Source: Stappia sp. (GTDB taxonomy: Bacteria; Pseudomonadota; Alphaproteobacteria; Rhizobiales; Stappiaceae). Taken from it: DNA of 64,000 nt. The position numbers and the translations under genes were made by a program. Under the pieces are notes generated by a model. The model was not told the DNA's origin, ran no database searches, and saw only the letters and a list, made by a program, of their open reading frames with translations. Below, one piece after another: positions 7,950 to 15,851 of this stretch. The stretch spans positions 4,644,985 through 4,708,984 of the forward strand of contig NZ_OZ255709.1 in the NCBI RefSeq assembly GCF_965276915.1. The letters run 5' to 3'. How positions within the stretch are numbered: the first letter of the stretch is position 1; each line of letters opens with the position of its first letter.

Positions 7950-9415
7950 CCACCCGCCCCGAAACGACGAAGCTCGGCTTCGACCTGGAGATCAGCCGCA
8001 TCCTCACCGGGCTGTGGCAGATCGCCGACATCGAGAAGGACGGCAAGCCCGTCGACCTCGATGCCGCCGCCGACCATCTCGCCGACTATGCCGCCGCCGG
8101 CTTCACCACGTTCGACATGGCCGACCATTACGGCAATGCCGAACTCGTCGCCGGCCGCCTGCTGGCCCGTTACGGCGAGGGCGCCGACCGCCCGCTCGCC
8201 TTCACCAAATGGTGCCCGGAACCCGGACCGATGACCGAGGAGGTGGTGCGCGCCGGCGTGCAGGAACGCCTCGACCGTCTCGGCGTTTCCCGTGTCGACC
8301 TGCTGCAGTTCCACTGGTGGACCTTCGAGCATCCCGGCTGGCTCGACGCGCTGAAGCACCTGGCGCAGCTGCGCGAGGAAGGGCTGATCGGCGAGATCGG
8401 GGTAACCAATTTCGATACCGCCCACCTGCATGTGGCGCTCGCCGAGAACCTGCCGATCGTCTCCAACCAGGTGTCGTTCTCGGTGGTCGACCGGCGGGCT
8501 GCGGGTGCGCTGAGCGACCTTTGCGCGCGCACCGGCGTGCGTCTTCTCGCCTATGGCACGCTGTGCGGCGGCTTCCTGTCCGAGCGCTGGCTCGGCAAGC
8601 GGGAACCGGCGGAGATCGCCGACTGGAGCCGGATGAAGTACCGGCGTTTCATCGACGCCGCCGGCGGCTGGGAGGCGTTCCAGGCGCTGCTTGCCGCGCT
8701 CGACGCGGTCGCCCGCAAGCACGGCGTCTCGATCTCCAACGTCGCCACCCGCTGGGTGCTGGAAACCCCGTCGGTCGCCGGCGTCATCATCGGCGCGCGC
8801 ATCGGCGAGAGCGAGCACCGGGCCGACAACCTGAAGCTCTTCGGCTTCGCCCTCGACGATGAGGATCGCGCCACCCTCGAGGAGGCCTTCGCCGGCATGG
8901 CCCCGATCCCCGGCGATTGCGGCGACGAATACCGCCGCCCGCCCTTCCTCACCGCCTCCGGCGACCTCAGCCATCATCTGGAAAAGATCCCCAGCATCTA
9001 CCAACCGGAACCGGTTCCCGGCCGCGCCAATCGCTGGCTTCTGTCGTCGGGAAGCATCTGGGAACCGCTGGCCGGTTTCAGCCGGGCGATGCGGGTCGGC
9101 GACCGCATCCTCGTCTCCGGCACCACGGCAACCCACGGCGCCGACCATTGCGTCGCCCCGGGCGATGCCGAGGCCCAGACCACCTATGTGCTGGACAAGA
9201 TCGCCGCCGCGCTCGCCGCCTTCGGCGCCTCCATGCAGGATGTGGTCCGCACCCGCGTCTATCTGCAGGACGTCGGGGCCTGGGAAGGTCCCTCGCGCGC
9301 CCATGGCCGCGTCTTCGGCGACATTCGTCCCGCCAACACGACACTCGCGGTCGGCAGCCTGATCGGTGGCTACGAGGTGGAGATCGAGGTCGAGGCGATC
9401 GTCGACCCGCAGTAG
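7946..9415 (+). CDS. Aldo/keto reductase fused to a C-terminal RidA/YjgF/Endoribonuclease L-PSP-like domain
   Basis: Internal ATG 7946 (MTTRPETTKLGF...), ATGA-coupled to the permease stop. The AKR part carries GFTTFDMADHYG, LLQFHWW, IGVTNFD. The last ~130 aa (FSRAMRVGDRILVSGTTA...DAEAQTTYVLDKI...VVRTRVYL...TLAVGSLIGGYEVEIEVEA) look RidA-like. Confidence 0.8.
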   Translation: MTTRPETTKLGFDLEISRILTGLWQIADIEKDGKPVDLDAAADHLADYAAAGFTTFDMADHYGNAELVAGRLLARYGEGADRPLAFTKWCPEPGPMTEEVVRAGVQERLDRLGVSRVDLLQFHWWTFEHPGWLDALKHLAQLREEGLIGEIGVTNFDTAHLHVALAENLPIVSNQVSFSVVDRRAAGALSDLCARTGVRLLAYGTLCGGFLSERWLGKREPAEIADWSRMKYRRFIDAAGGWEAFQALLAALDAVARKHGVSISNVATRWVLETPSVAGVIIGARIGESEHRADNLKLFGFALDDEDRATLEEAFAGMAPIPGDCGDEYRRPPFLTASGDLSHHLEKIPSIYQPEPVPGRANRWLLSSGSIWEPLAGFSRAMRVGDRILVSGTTATHGADHCVAPGDAEAQTTYVLDKIAAALAAFGASMQDVVRTRVYLQDVGAWEGPSRAHGRVFGDIRPANTTLAVGSLIGGYEVEIEVEAIVDPQ

Positions 9416-9430
9416 TCCCCGCCCAAGGGG

Positions 9431-9475
9431 TCAGCCGAGGACGTGTCAGGCGAGGACGTGCCAGGCGAGGAAGCC
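9431..9475. repeat. 15-nt tandem repeat x3 spanning the stop codon of the gene at 9446..10363
   Basis: tcagccgaggacgtg (9431-45) / tcaggcgaggacgtg (9446-60, 14/15 identical, contains the real stop tca = TGA) / ccaggcgaggaagcc (9461-75, 11/15). Confidence 0.8.
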
Positions 9476-10363
9476 GAGGCCGGCGAGCACCGCTGCCGGC
9501 AACACGCGAAAGGCGACCAGGCCGACAATATCCTCCAGCGGATAGGCCGGCCGGTCGAGCCACAGGGTCGGCCGGCTCTCGATGACATTGAGGATGTAGT
9601 TGCGCCGGTCGCGGCGACGCACCGGCAGGCGGGGCAGGTCGAACGGTAACATGTCGAGCACATGTGCCGTGCAGAGCCGGTTTTCCGCCGGAAAATGGAA
9701 GAAAAACGGCTTCCCGCCCGTGCGCGTGTTGACCAGATGGGCGCCGTCGAACCGGTAGAGCTTGCGTTCCAGCCCGGACTGGCAGGCGGAACTGGCGAAG
9801 ATCTCCTGGTCACGGTCGAGGGCGGCGCGGCCGGGGTTTTCCAAAAACCACTTGTTGAAAAGCGTCTGGTCGCAATCGATGCCGGAGGCATAGTCGAGCT
9901 CGCTGAGCATCGCTGCAATGGCGCCGGCCTCCCCGACATAGCCGCCTGAGTTGAGGTAGCGGTACATGCCGCTCCGACCCGCCCCTTCCGGATAGCGGCG
10001 CGAGGCGGCAAGCCGTCCGGGAAGTTTCCAGGTGAAGCCGGGCTCGGTGGAGAGCACGATCCGGGCTGCGAAGCTGCGGAAGCGTTCGTGCAGCTCCGCC
10101 GGATCCCGGATCAGCACCACGTCGTAACCATCGGTGAAGACGACGATCTCGTCGGCGGGCAGCCCCGCCAGATGCGCGCCCAGCAGCCGCATCGCGGCGA
10201 GATGACCGGGATAGGGCGTTCCGGTCCACACAACCTCCGGCACGACGCCGAAGCGGGCGAGCGAGGCCCGGTAGCGCTTAAGGCCAGGCCCCTCGTGCGA
10301 GGCAAGCGTAACGAAACGCGGAAGCGCATCGACCGCCTTGGCCTCCCCACCTGCCCCGTTCAT
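9446..10363 (-). CDS. LH3/PLOD-N-terminal-domain-like GT-A glycosyltransferase with C-terminal transmembrane anchor
   Basis: VVFTDGYDVVL (DxxD), PAELHERF, RYLNSGGYVGE and CDQTLFNKWFLENP parallel motifs I recall from the human LH3 glycosyltransferase domain (FVDSYDVIL, FLNSGGFIGF, DDQLFYTRLYLDP). The C-terminus LVAFRVLPAAVLAGLGFLAW is hydrophobic. Confidence 0.6.
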   Translation of the reverse strand: MNGAGGEAKAVDALPRFVTLASHEGPGLKRYRASLARFGVVPEVVWTGTPYPGHLAAMRLLGAHLAGLPADEIVVFTDGYDVVLIRDPAELHERFRSFAARIVLSTEPGFTWKLPGRLAASRRYPEGAGRSGMYRYLNSGGYVGEAGAIAAMLSELDYASGIDCDQTLFNKWFLENPGRAALDRDQEIFASSACQSGLERKLYRFDGAHLVNTRTGGKPFFFHFPAENRLCTAHVLDMLPFDLPRLPVRRRDRRNYILNVIESRPTLWLDRPAYPLEDIVGLVAFRVLPAAVLAGLGFLAWHVLA

Positions 10364-10469
10364 TTCCTCACCCCGTGCACCTCCCGCGCATCGACACAGT
10401 ATCGGTGCGCATGACAGTCAGCCACGCATGCGCCGGTGAGGCAAGCCGGGTTCCGGCAAACGGCAGTCG

Positions 10470-11222
10470 TCAGACGGGCGGTGTGGCGAAAGAGGCGGAG
10501 GGGCGCCCCTCGCGCAGGCGCTCGGCCTCCAGCTCGGCGATCTTCAGGTCGATGACCGAGCGGTCGAGCATGCCGGAGACATTGTCAGAGGTCGGCAGTG
10601 TTTCCGCCACATGCAGATAGCGTTCGCCCGCCACCGCCAGCAACCGGCGCAACTCCGCCAGCGGGTCCGGGTGGTCGTCGGCGCGAATGTCGATCCACGG
10701 ATAGGCCTCGCCGCGTACGATCCTGAGCGCCGCCGACTGCCTGCCGCGCCTGTCGCCGCCGGCGGCCTCGCCGGCCTCCATTGCGCCGAGCAGCCGGTCC
10801 GCGAAATCCTTCTCCGGATGCGCCAGATAGGTCTCGAGCGTTGCCGCCAGCACCTGTGGGCCGACCAGCATGTTGCCGGCAACCGAGACGCCCTCGCCAA
10901 CGAGGTGCCCCGCCCAGTCGATGCATTTTTCGCCGGTGAAGACCGCGCTTCGCCCGGCCGCATCCATCACGTGGAGCTGTCGCGAGTGGGAGCCCGCATC
11001 GCGTGCCGTCATCGCCGCGACGACCTCTTCGGCCGAGGCGCCGGCCTGCAGCATCTTCATCCCGTCGATGCCGTAGAGCGGCGAGATGAAGGCCTGGCTG
11101 GCAATCGCCCCGACGCCGCCGGCCATGTAGGGCACCACGGCACCGACGGCGAAAAACCGGCTTGCGACCGCGATACCGAAATGACCCGTCGCCGGGTCGC
11201 GCGCAACAATCGAGTAGGTCAT
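10470..11222 (-). CDS. DUF1028-family Ntn-hydrolase-fold protein
   Basis: Starts MTYSIVARDPATGHFGIAVASRFFAVG at ATG 11222, the characteristic DUF1028 N-terminus with Thr2 as putative nucleophile. Confidence 0.75.
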   Translation of the reverse strand: MTYSIVARDPATGHFGIAVASRFFAVGAVVPYMAGGVGAIASQAFISPLYGIDGMKMLQAGASAEEVVAAMTARDAGSHSRQLHVMDAAGRSAVFTGEKCIDWAGHLVGEGVSVAGNMLVGPQVLAATLETYLAHPEKDFADRLLGAMEAGEAAGGDRRGRQSAALRIVRGEAYPWIDIRADDHPDPLAELRRLLAVAGERYLHVAETLPTSDNVSGMLDRSVIDLKIAELEAERLREGRPSASFATPPV

Positions 11223-11238
11223 GCCGCTTCCCTCCCGT

Positions 11239-13026
11239 TCAGCGGCCGGCCGCATAGGCCTGCATCAGGCGCGGCGTCGCCGCCGCGCGCATGAGGCCGT
11301 TCTCGTCGCGCCGCGCCGCCGTCAACCGGCCGATGGACCAGTTCGGAGCCACCTCGAGCGAATGACCCCGCGCCTTCAGCGCCTCGATCACCGGAGCGCC
11401 AAAACTCTCCTCCAGCATGATGTGGCCCGGCTGGCGCTGGCGCGGATAGAAGGAGGCCGGGAAATGGGTGGTGTGGAACAGCGGCTGGTCGATCGCCTCC
11501 TGCAGGTTGAGGTCGTGATGGACAAGCCGGAGGAACAGCGACAGCTGCCACTGGTCCTGCTGGTCGCCGCCCGGCGTGCCGAAGGCGAGCGTCGGCCGGC
11601 CGTCCTTCAGCGCGATGCTCGGCGTCAGCGTCGTGCGCGGACGCTTGCCCGGCGCCAGCGTCGTCGGCAGGCCCTCTTCCAGCAAGAACATCTGGGCGCG
11701 GGAATTGAGGCAGAAGCCGAGCGCCGGAATGACCGGCGAGGACTGCAACCAGCCACCCGACGGCGTCGCCGAGACCATGTTGCCCCAGCGGTCGATGACA
11801 TCGATATGGACCGTGTCGCCGCGCTTTTCCGAAAGATGCGCCATGGTCGGCTCGTAGACGCCGGTTGACGACACTCCGAGCCCTTCGACCACTTCCATGA
11901 CGCGGGCGACCTGAGCCTCGTAGCCTGGAACCGTGCCGGGGCGCAGATCGAACGACGCGGTCTCGCCGATCAGCTTCCGCCGCTCGGCATTGTATGTGTC
12001 CGACAGAAGATGGGAGACCGGCACGTCCGAGAAGGCCGGATCGCCGTAATAGACCTCGCGGTCGGCATAGGCGAGCTTCATCGCCTCGGCGACCAGATGA
12101 ACGAAATCGGCACCGACCGGATCGACGTCGGCAATGCCGGTCCCCTTCAGCAGGGCAAGCGACTGCAGCAGCACCGGCCCCTGGCCCCACGGCCCGGTCT
12201 TGGCGACCGTCCAGCCGTGATAATCATAGGTGGCCGGCGCTTCGCGGGTGGCGCTGTAGCCGGCAAGATCGGCAGCGTTCAGCACACCCTTGTGGCGGGT
12301 TCCGCTGCCATCCATCGCTTCGGTCTTCGACACGAACGCCTCGATCTCCTCGGCGACGAAACCGCGATAGAAGGCATCGCGCGCCGCCTCGATCTGTGCC
12401 TCGCGCCCGCTTCTCGCCTCCGCTTCCCGCAGCAACCGCTCCCAGGTATCGGCAAGCACCGGATTGCGGAACAGCTCGTCGGTCGACGGGGCCCGTCCGC
12501 CGGGACACCAGGTGGCGTGCGAGGTCGGCCATTCCTTTTCGAAGAAGCCGGCAAGCCCGGCGATGGTCGCCGAGACGCGGGCCAGCATCGGGTGTCCGTT
12601 GCGGGCATAGTGGATCGCCGGTTCCAGCACGTCGCGCAGCGGCAGCCGGCCGTGGTCGCGCAGCATCAGCATCCAGCCGTCGAAGGCGCCGGGGATGACG
12701 GTGGCAAGCAGCCCGTCGCCGGGGATCAGCGTGAGCCCCTCGCCGCGATAGTGCTCAAGCGTCGCGCCGGCCGGCGTCGGCCCTTGCGCGCAGATCACCT
12801 CGACCCGGTCGGAGGCCGCGTCATACTGGAGGATCGGCAAGTCGCCGCCCGGCCCGTTCAGATGCGGCTCGACCACCTGCAGGACAAAGCCCGTGGCGGC
12901 GGCCGCGTCGAAGGCATTGCCGCCCTTTTCCAGGATGCTCATGCCGACGGCGGTGGCGATCCAGTGGGTCGAGGTGACGACCCCGAACGTGCCCCGGATT
13001 TCCGGTCTGGTTGTGAAGCTGGACAT
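11239..13026 (-). CDS. Gamma-glutamyltransferase-family protein, no signal peptide
   Basis: Start ATG 13026 (MSSFTTRPEIRGTFGVVTSTHWIATAVGMSILEKGGNAFDAA). GGT-type autoprocessing region RGDTVHIDVIDRWGNMVSATPSGG, and FGTPGGDQQ near the C-terminus. Confidence 0.85.
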   Translation of the reverse strand: MSSFTTRPEIRGTFGVVTSTHWIATAVGMSILEKGGNAFDAAAATGFVLQVVEPHLNGPGGDLPILQYDAASDRVEVICAQGPTPAGATLEHYRGEGLTLIPGDGLLATVIPGAFDGWMLMLRDHGRLPLRDVLEPAIHYARNGHPMLARVSATIAGLAGFFEKEWPTSHATWCPGGRAPSTDELFRNPVLADTWERLLREAEARSGREAQIEAARDAFYRGFVAEEIEAFVSKTEAMDGSGTRHKGVLNAADLAGYSATREAPATYDYHGWTVAKTGPWGQGPVLLQSLALLKGTGIADVDPVGADFVHLVAEAMKLAYADREVYYGDPAFSDVPVSHLLSDTYNAERRKLIGETASFDLRPGTVPGYEAQVARVMEVVEGLGVSSTGVYEPTMAHLSEKRGDTVHIDVIDRWGNMVSATPSGGWLQSSPVIPALGFCLNSRAQMFLLEEGLPTTLAPGKRPRTTLTPSIALKDGRPTLAFGTPGGDQQDQWQLSLFLRLVHHDLNLQEAIDQPLFHTTHFPASFYPRQRQPGHIMLEESFGAPVIEALKARGHSLEVAPNWSIGRLTAARRDENGLMRAAATPRLMQAYAAGR

Positions 13027-13073
13027 CCGATCTCCCTTGGGATGATGGTCTTGTTGTTTTCCGGTGGAAAGGC

Positions 13074-13973
13074 TCAGCCCTCGCGCGGATCGAGCGCGTC
13101 GCGCAGGCCGTCGCCGAGCAGGTTGAACCCGAGCACGACGAGGAAGATGGCGGCACCCGGCCACCACGCCATCCACGGCGCCTGGGTCATGAAATTCTTG
13201 GCCACGTTCAGCATCGAGCCCCAGCTCGGGTTTGGCGGCTGCTGGCCAAGACCGAGGAACGAGAGGCTCGCCTCGGCAATGATCGCGGTGGCGACCGTCA
13301 GCGTCGCCTGGACGAGCACCGGTGCAAACACGTTCGGCAGGATGTAGCGTGCCATGATCGCGGTGTCCCGCAGGCCGATGGCGCGTGCGCCCTCGACATA
13401 GTCCTCGGTCTTCACCGACAGCACCTGGCCGCGCGTCAGCCGGATGAAGATCGGCGTCGCCGACAGGCCGATGGCGATCATCGCATTGGTAAGGCTCGGC
13501 CCGAGAAAGGCCGCAAGCGCGATGGCGAGAATGAGGAACGGCGTCGCCAGCAGTGCGTCGGTGACGCGCGAGATGATCTGGTCGGTCCAGCCGCCGAAAT
13601 AGCCCGAGACAAGGCCGAAGGGCACGCCGATGACGACCGCGATCAGCACCGAGACGACACCGGCGAGCAGGGAGGCCTGCGCCCCCCAGATCATCCGCGA
13701 GAGGATGTCGCGGCCGATCTCGTCAGTGCCGAGCCAGTAGAGCTCCGAAGGCGCCTTGCGCACCGCCGACCAGCTCGTCGCCAACGGGTCGGCAATCGGC
13801 AGGATCGGCGCCAGCACGGCGATAGCCACGAAGAAGGCGACCAGCACGAAACCGAACAAGGCGCTCCTGTTGCGCTTCAGCTTCTTCCAGGCGCGGCTTT
13901 CCATCCGGATGCCGAGCGTGTCGTCCTCGTCTTCCATGGGGGCGGGAAGCGGGCCCGTTGCTTGCTCGCTCAC
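13074..13973 (-). CDS. Peptide/nickel-type ABC transporter permease (DppC/OppC family)
   Basis: LGTDEIGRDILSRMIWGAQASL and the EAA-like region YVEGARAIGLRDTAIMARYILPN. Start taken as GTG 13973 overlapping the upstream stop (GTGA); ATG 13937 is an alternative. Confidence 0.85.
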   Translation of the reverse strand: MSEQATGPLPAPMEDEDDTLGIRMESRAWKKLKRNRSALFGFVLVAFFVAIAVLAPILPIADPLATSWSAVRKAPSELYWLGTDEIGRDILSRMIWGAQASLLAGVVSVLIAVVIGVPFGLVSGYFGGWTDQIISRVTDALLATPFLILAIALAAFLGPSLTNAMIAIGLSATPIFIRLTRGQVLSVKTEDYVEGARAIGLRDTAIMARYILPNVFAPVLVQATLTVATAIIAEASLSFLGLGQQPPNPSWGSMLNVAKNFMTQAPWMAWWPGAAIFLVVLGFNLLGDGLRDALDPREG

Positions 13974-14917
13974 AGGGAGGCCCTCATGCGCGGGTTGAGC
14001 AGGAAATAGAGAATGTCGGCGATGAGGTTCATCAGGATGAAGCCGGCCGCCGTGCACAGCACCACGCCCTGCACCACCGCATAGTCGCGGGTGAAGACGG
14101 CATCGACGATCAGCTTGCCGAAGCCGGGAATGGTGAAGATCTGCTCCGTCAGGACGGCGCCGGCGAGCAACTCGCCGAAGAGAAGCGCGCCGAGCGTGAC
14201 GATCGGCAGCAGCGCGTTGCGGAACGCATGCTTGATGACCACGACGCGCTCGCTCAAGCCCTTGGCCCTGGCCGTGCGCACATAGTCCGCCTTGAGCACG
14301 CCGAGCATGGCCGAGCGGGTGTGGCGCATCAATGTCGCGGCCAGCGCCGTGCCGAGCACGAAGGCCGGCATGATCATCGTCTGGAAGGAGCGTACCGGAT
14401 CTTCCAGAGGCGAGACATAGCCCGATGCCGGCAGCCAGCCGAGCTGCACGGAAACGAGCAGGATAAGCATGATCCCCAGCCAGAAATTGGGAACCGACAG
14501 GCCGGAAAGCGCGATGAAGTTGGCGATGTAGTCGATGGGGCCGCCCTTCTTCACCGCCGACAGGATGCCGGTCGGGATGCCGATCGCCATGGCGATGGCC
14601 ATGGCCATCAGGGCGAGCTGGACGGTCACGGGGAGCTTGTCGGCGATCAACTGCAGCACCGGCTGGTTGGTCCTCAGCGACACGCCGAGATCGCCCTGCA
14701 CGAGTCCGCCGAGCCAATAGAGATACTGATGGATGATCGGGTCATTGAGCCGGTACTTCTCGCGGATGAAGGCGAGCACTTCCGGATCGCGCTCCTCGCC
14801 GGCGAGCACCAGGGCGGGATCGCCCGGCAACAGCTTCTGCAGCGTGAAGACGAAGACCGAAACCAGGATGAGCGTCGGGATCGCAATCAGCAGGCGGCGA
14901 CCGATGAAGGCAAGCAT
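13970..14917 (-). CDS. Peptide/nickel-type ABC transporter permease (DppB/OppB family)
   Basis: Start ATG 14917 (MLAFIGRRLLIAIPTLILVSVFVFTLQKLLPGDPA), the classic DppB N-terminus. Also YVRTARAKGLSERVVVIKHAFRNAL. Confidence 0.9.
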   Translation of the reverse strand: MLAFIGRRLLIAIPTLILVSVFVFTLQKLLPGDPALVLAGEERDPEVLAFIREKYRLNDPIIHQYLYWLGGLVQGDLGVSLRTNQPVLQLIADKLPVTVQLALMAMAIAMAIGIPTGILSAVKKGGPIDYIANFIALSGLSVPNFWLGIMLILLVSVQLGWLPASGYVSPLEDPVRSFQTMIMPAFVLGTALAATLMRHTRSAMLGVLKADYVRTARAKGLSERVVVIKHAFRNALLPIVTLGALLFGELLAGAVLTEQIFTIPGFGKLIVDAVFTRDYAVVQGVVLCTAAGFILMNLIADILYFLLNPRMRASL

Positions 14918-14960
14918 CACGAGGCTCCGGCGCTGGAGAGGAGGAAGGCGGCAAAGCGGA

Positions 14961-15761
14961 TCATGCGTGCTCCACCACAGCGGTGCGGCGCTGGCCCGCA
15001 ACGGTCCTCACCTTGTGTGAAAGATCGCGGCAAGCCTGGGCCAGGTCGCCCGCGAACTCGACGAGAACCGGACGGCGGGGCCGTTCCTTGCTCTCGCGCC
15101 CGTCGATGAAGCCCGAAGGATCGAACAAGGAGCGTGGATCGGCATGCTTGTGCTCCTGCACGAAGGGTGCCGGATCCATCTGGTAGATCGTGAGGCTGCG
15201 GCTCAGCGGCGAGCGCACTGCGAAGAGCATCTCGTCGACGGCATCGCGAAAGCATTCCGTCGCCGCAAGCAGGCGCCGCGCCGCGGCCAGGGTGACGAGG
15301 TAGGCGGCCGCGCAGTAGTGCGACGAATACAATCTGACCACGTCGTGACCGGCCTCCCGACTTGCCGCGCGCGTGGCGAGCCGCACCGGCTTGAAGTCGG
15401 TCTCCAGCTTGACGATGTCGGCGTCCGCCGGAACCCAGCCATCGGATGCCAGCAGGCTGGCGCCCGCCTGCCCGATCACCACGTCGTCCTCCAGAACCAG
15501 CGCGCAGGGCAGGTTCCGCTCGATGATCAGCTGCCAGCACTTGCGATGGCTCAGGAAGCAGGCCACCTCGCCCGGCGTCAGCAGGCCCCAATACCCGGGG
15601 CCCGAAACGTGACGCGCGAACTCCGCCTCCCCCAACGCCCGCGCATCGACCGCCGGCACGCGCTCGAACGCGGCGCCGCACTCGCCAAGCCGCGCCTGCA
15701 TGCGTGCAAGACGGTCGCCCGCGCGGTCTAGATTGATGAGCAGGATCGGAACCGGCGTCAT
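14961..15761 (-). CDS. Glycosyltransferase family 25 protein
   Basis: MTPVPILLINLDRAGDRLARMQARLGECGAAFERVPAVDARAL...GEVACFLSHRKCW...ALVLEDDV is the GT25 (LgtB/Lic2B-type) N-terminal pattern. It sits between the binding-protein and permease genes of the peptide ABC operon. Confidence 0.75.
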   Translation of the reverse strand: MTPVPILLINLDRAGDRLARMQARLGECGAAFERVPAVDARALGEAEFARHVSGPGYWGLLTPGEVACFLSHRKCWQLIIERNLPCALVLEDDVVIGQAGASLLASDGWVPADADIVKLETDFKPVRLATRAASREAGHDVVRLYSSHYCAAAYLVTLAAARRLLAATECFRDAVDEMLFAVRSPLSRSLTIYQMDPAPFVQEHKHADPRSLFDPSGFIDGRESKERPRRPVLVEFAGDLAQACRDLSHKVRTVAGQRRTAVVEHA

Positions 15762-15851
15762 GGAAGGGGTGCACCCTCGGGTCGGAGATGGACAGGAACA
15801 GGCGGGACAGGGGAAGGCGGGACCCGGACGAACCGGGTCCCGCGCATCCTG

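Noticed and set aside
5170-9415. Extended N-termini of ORFs 5170..6942, 5952..7949 and 6962..9415 (and similar cases at 13074..14717, 25494..28211, 34444..35535, 42634..44451, 43419..44696, 45469..46746)
   Set aside because: The upstream parts overlap the preceding well-supported genes in another frame and translate to Arg/Pro/Gly junk. Internal ATG/GTG starts that overlap the previous stop codon and begin the family-typical N-terminus were used instead.
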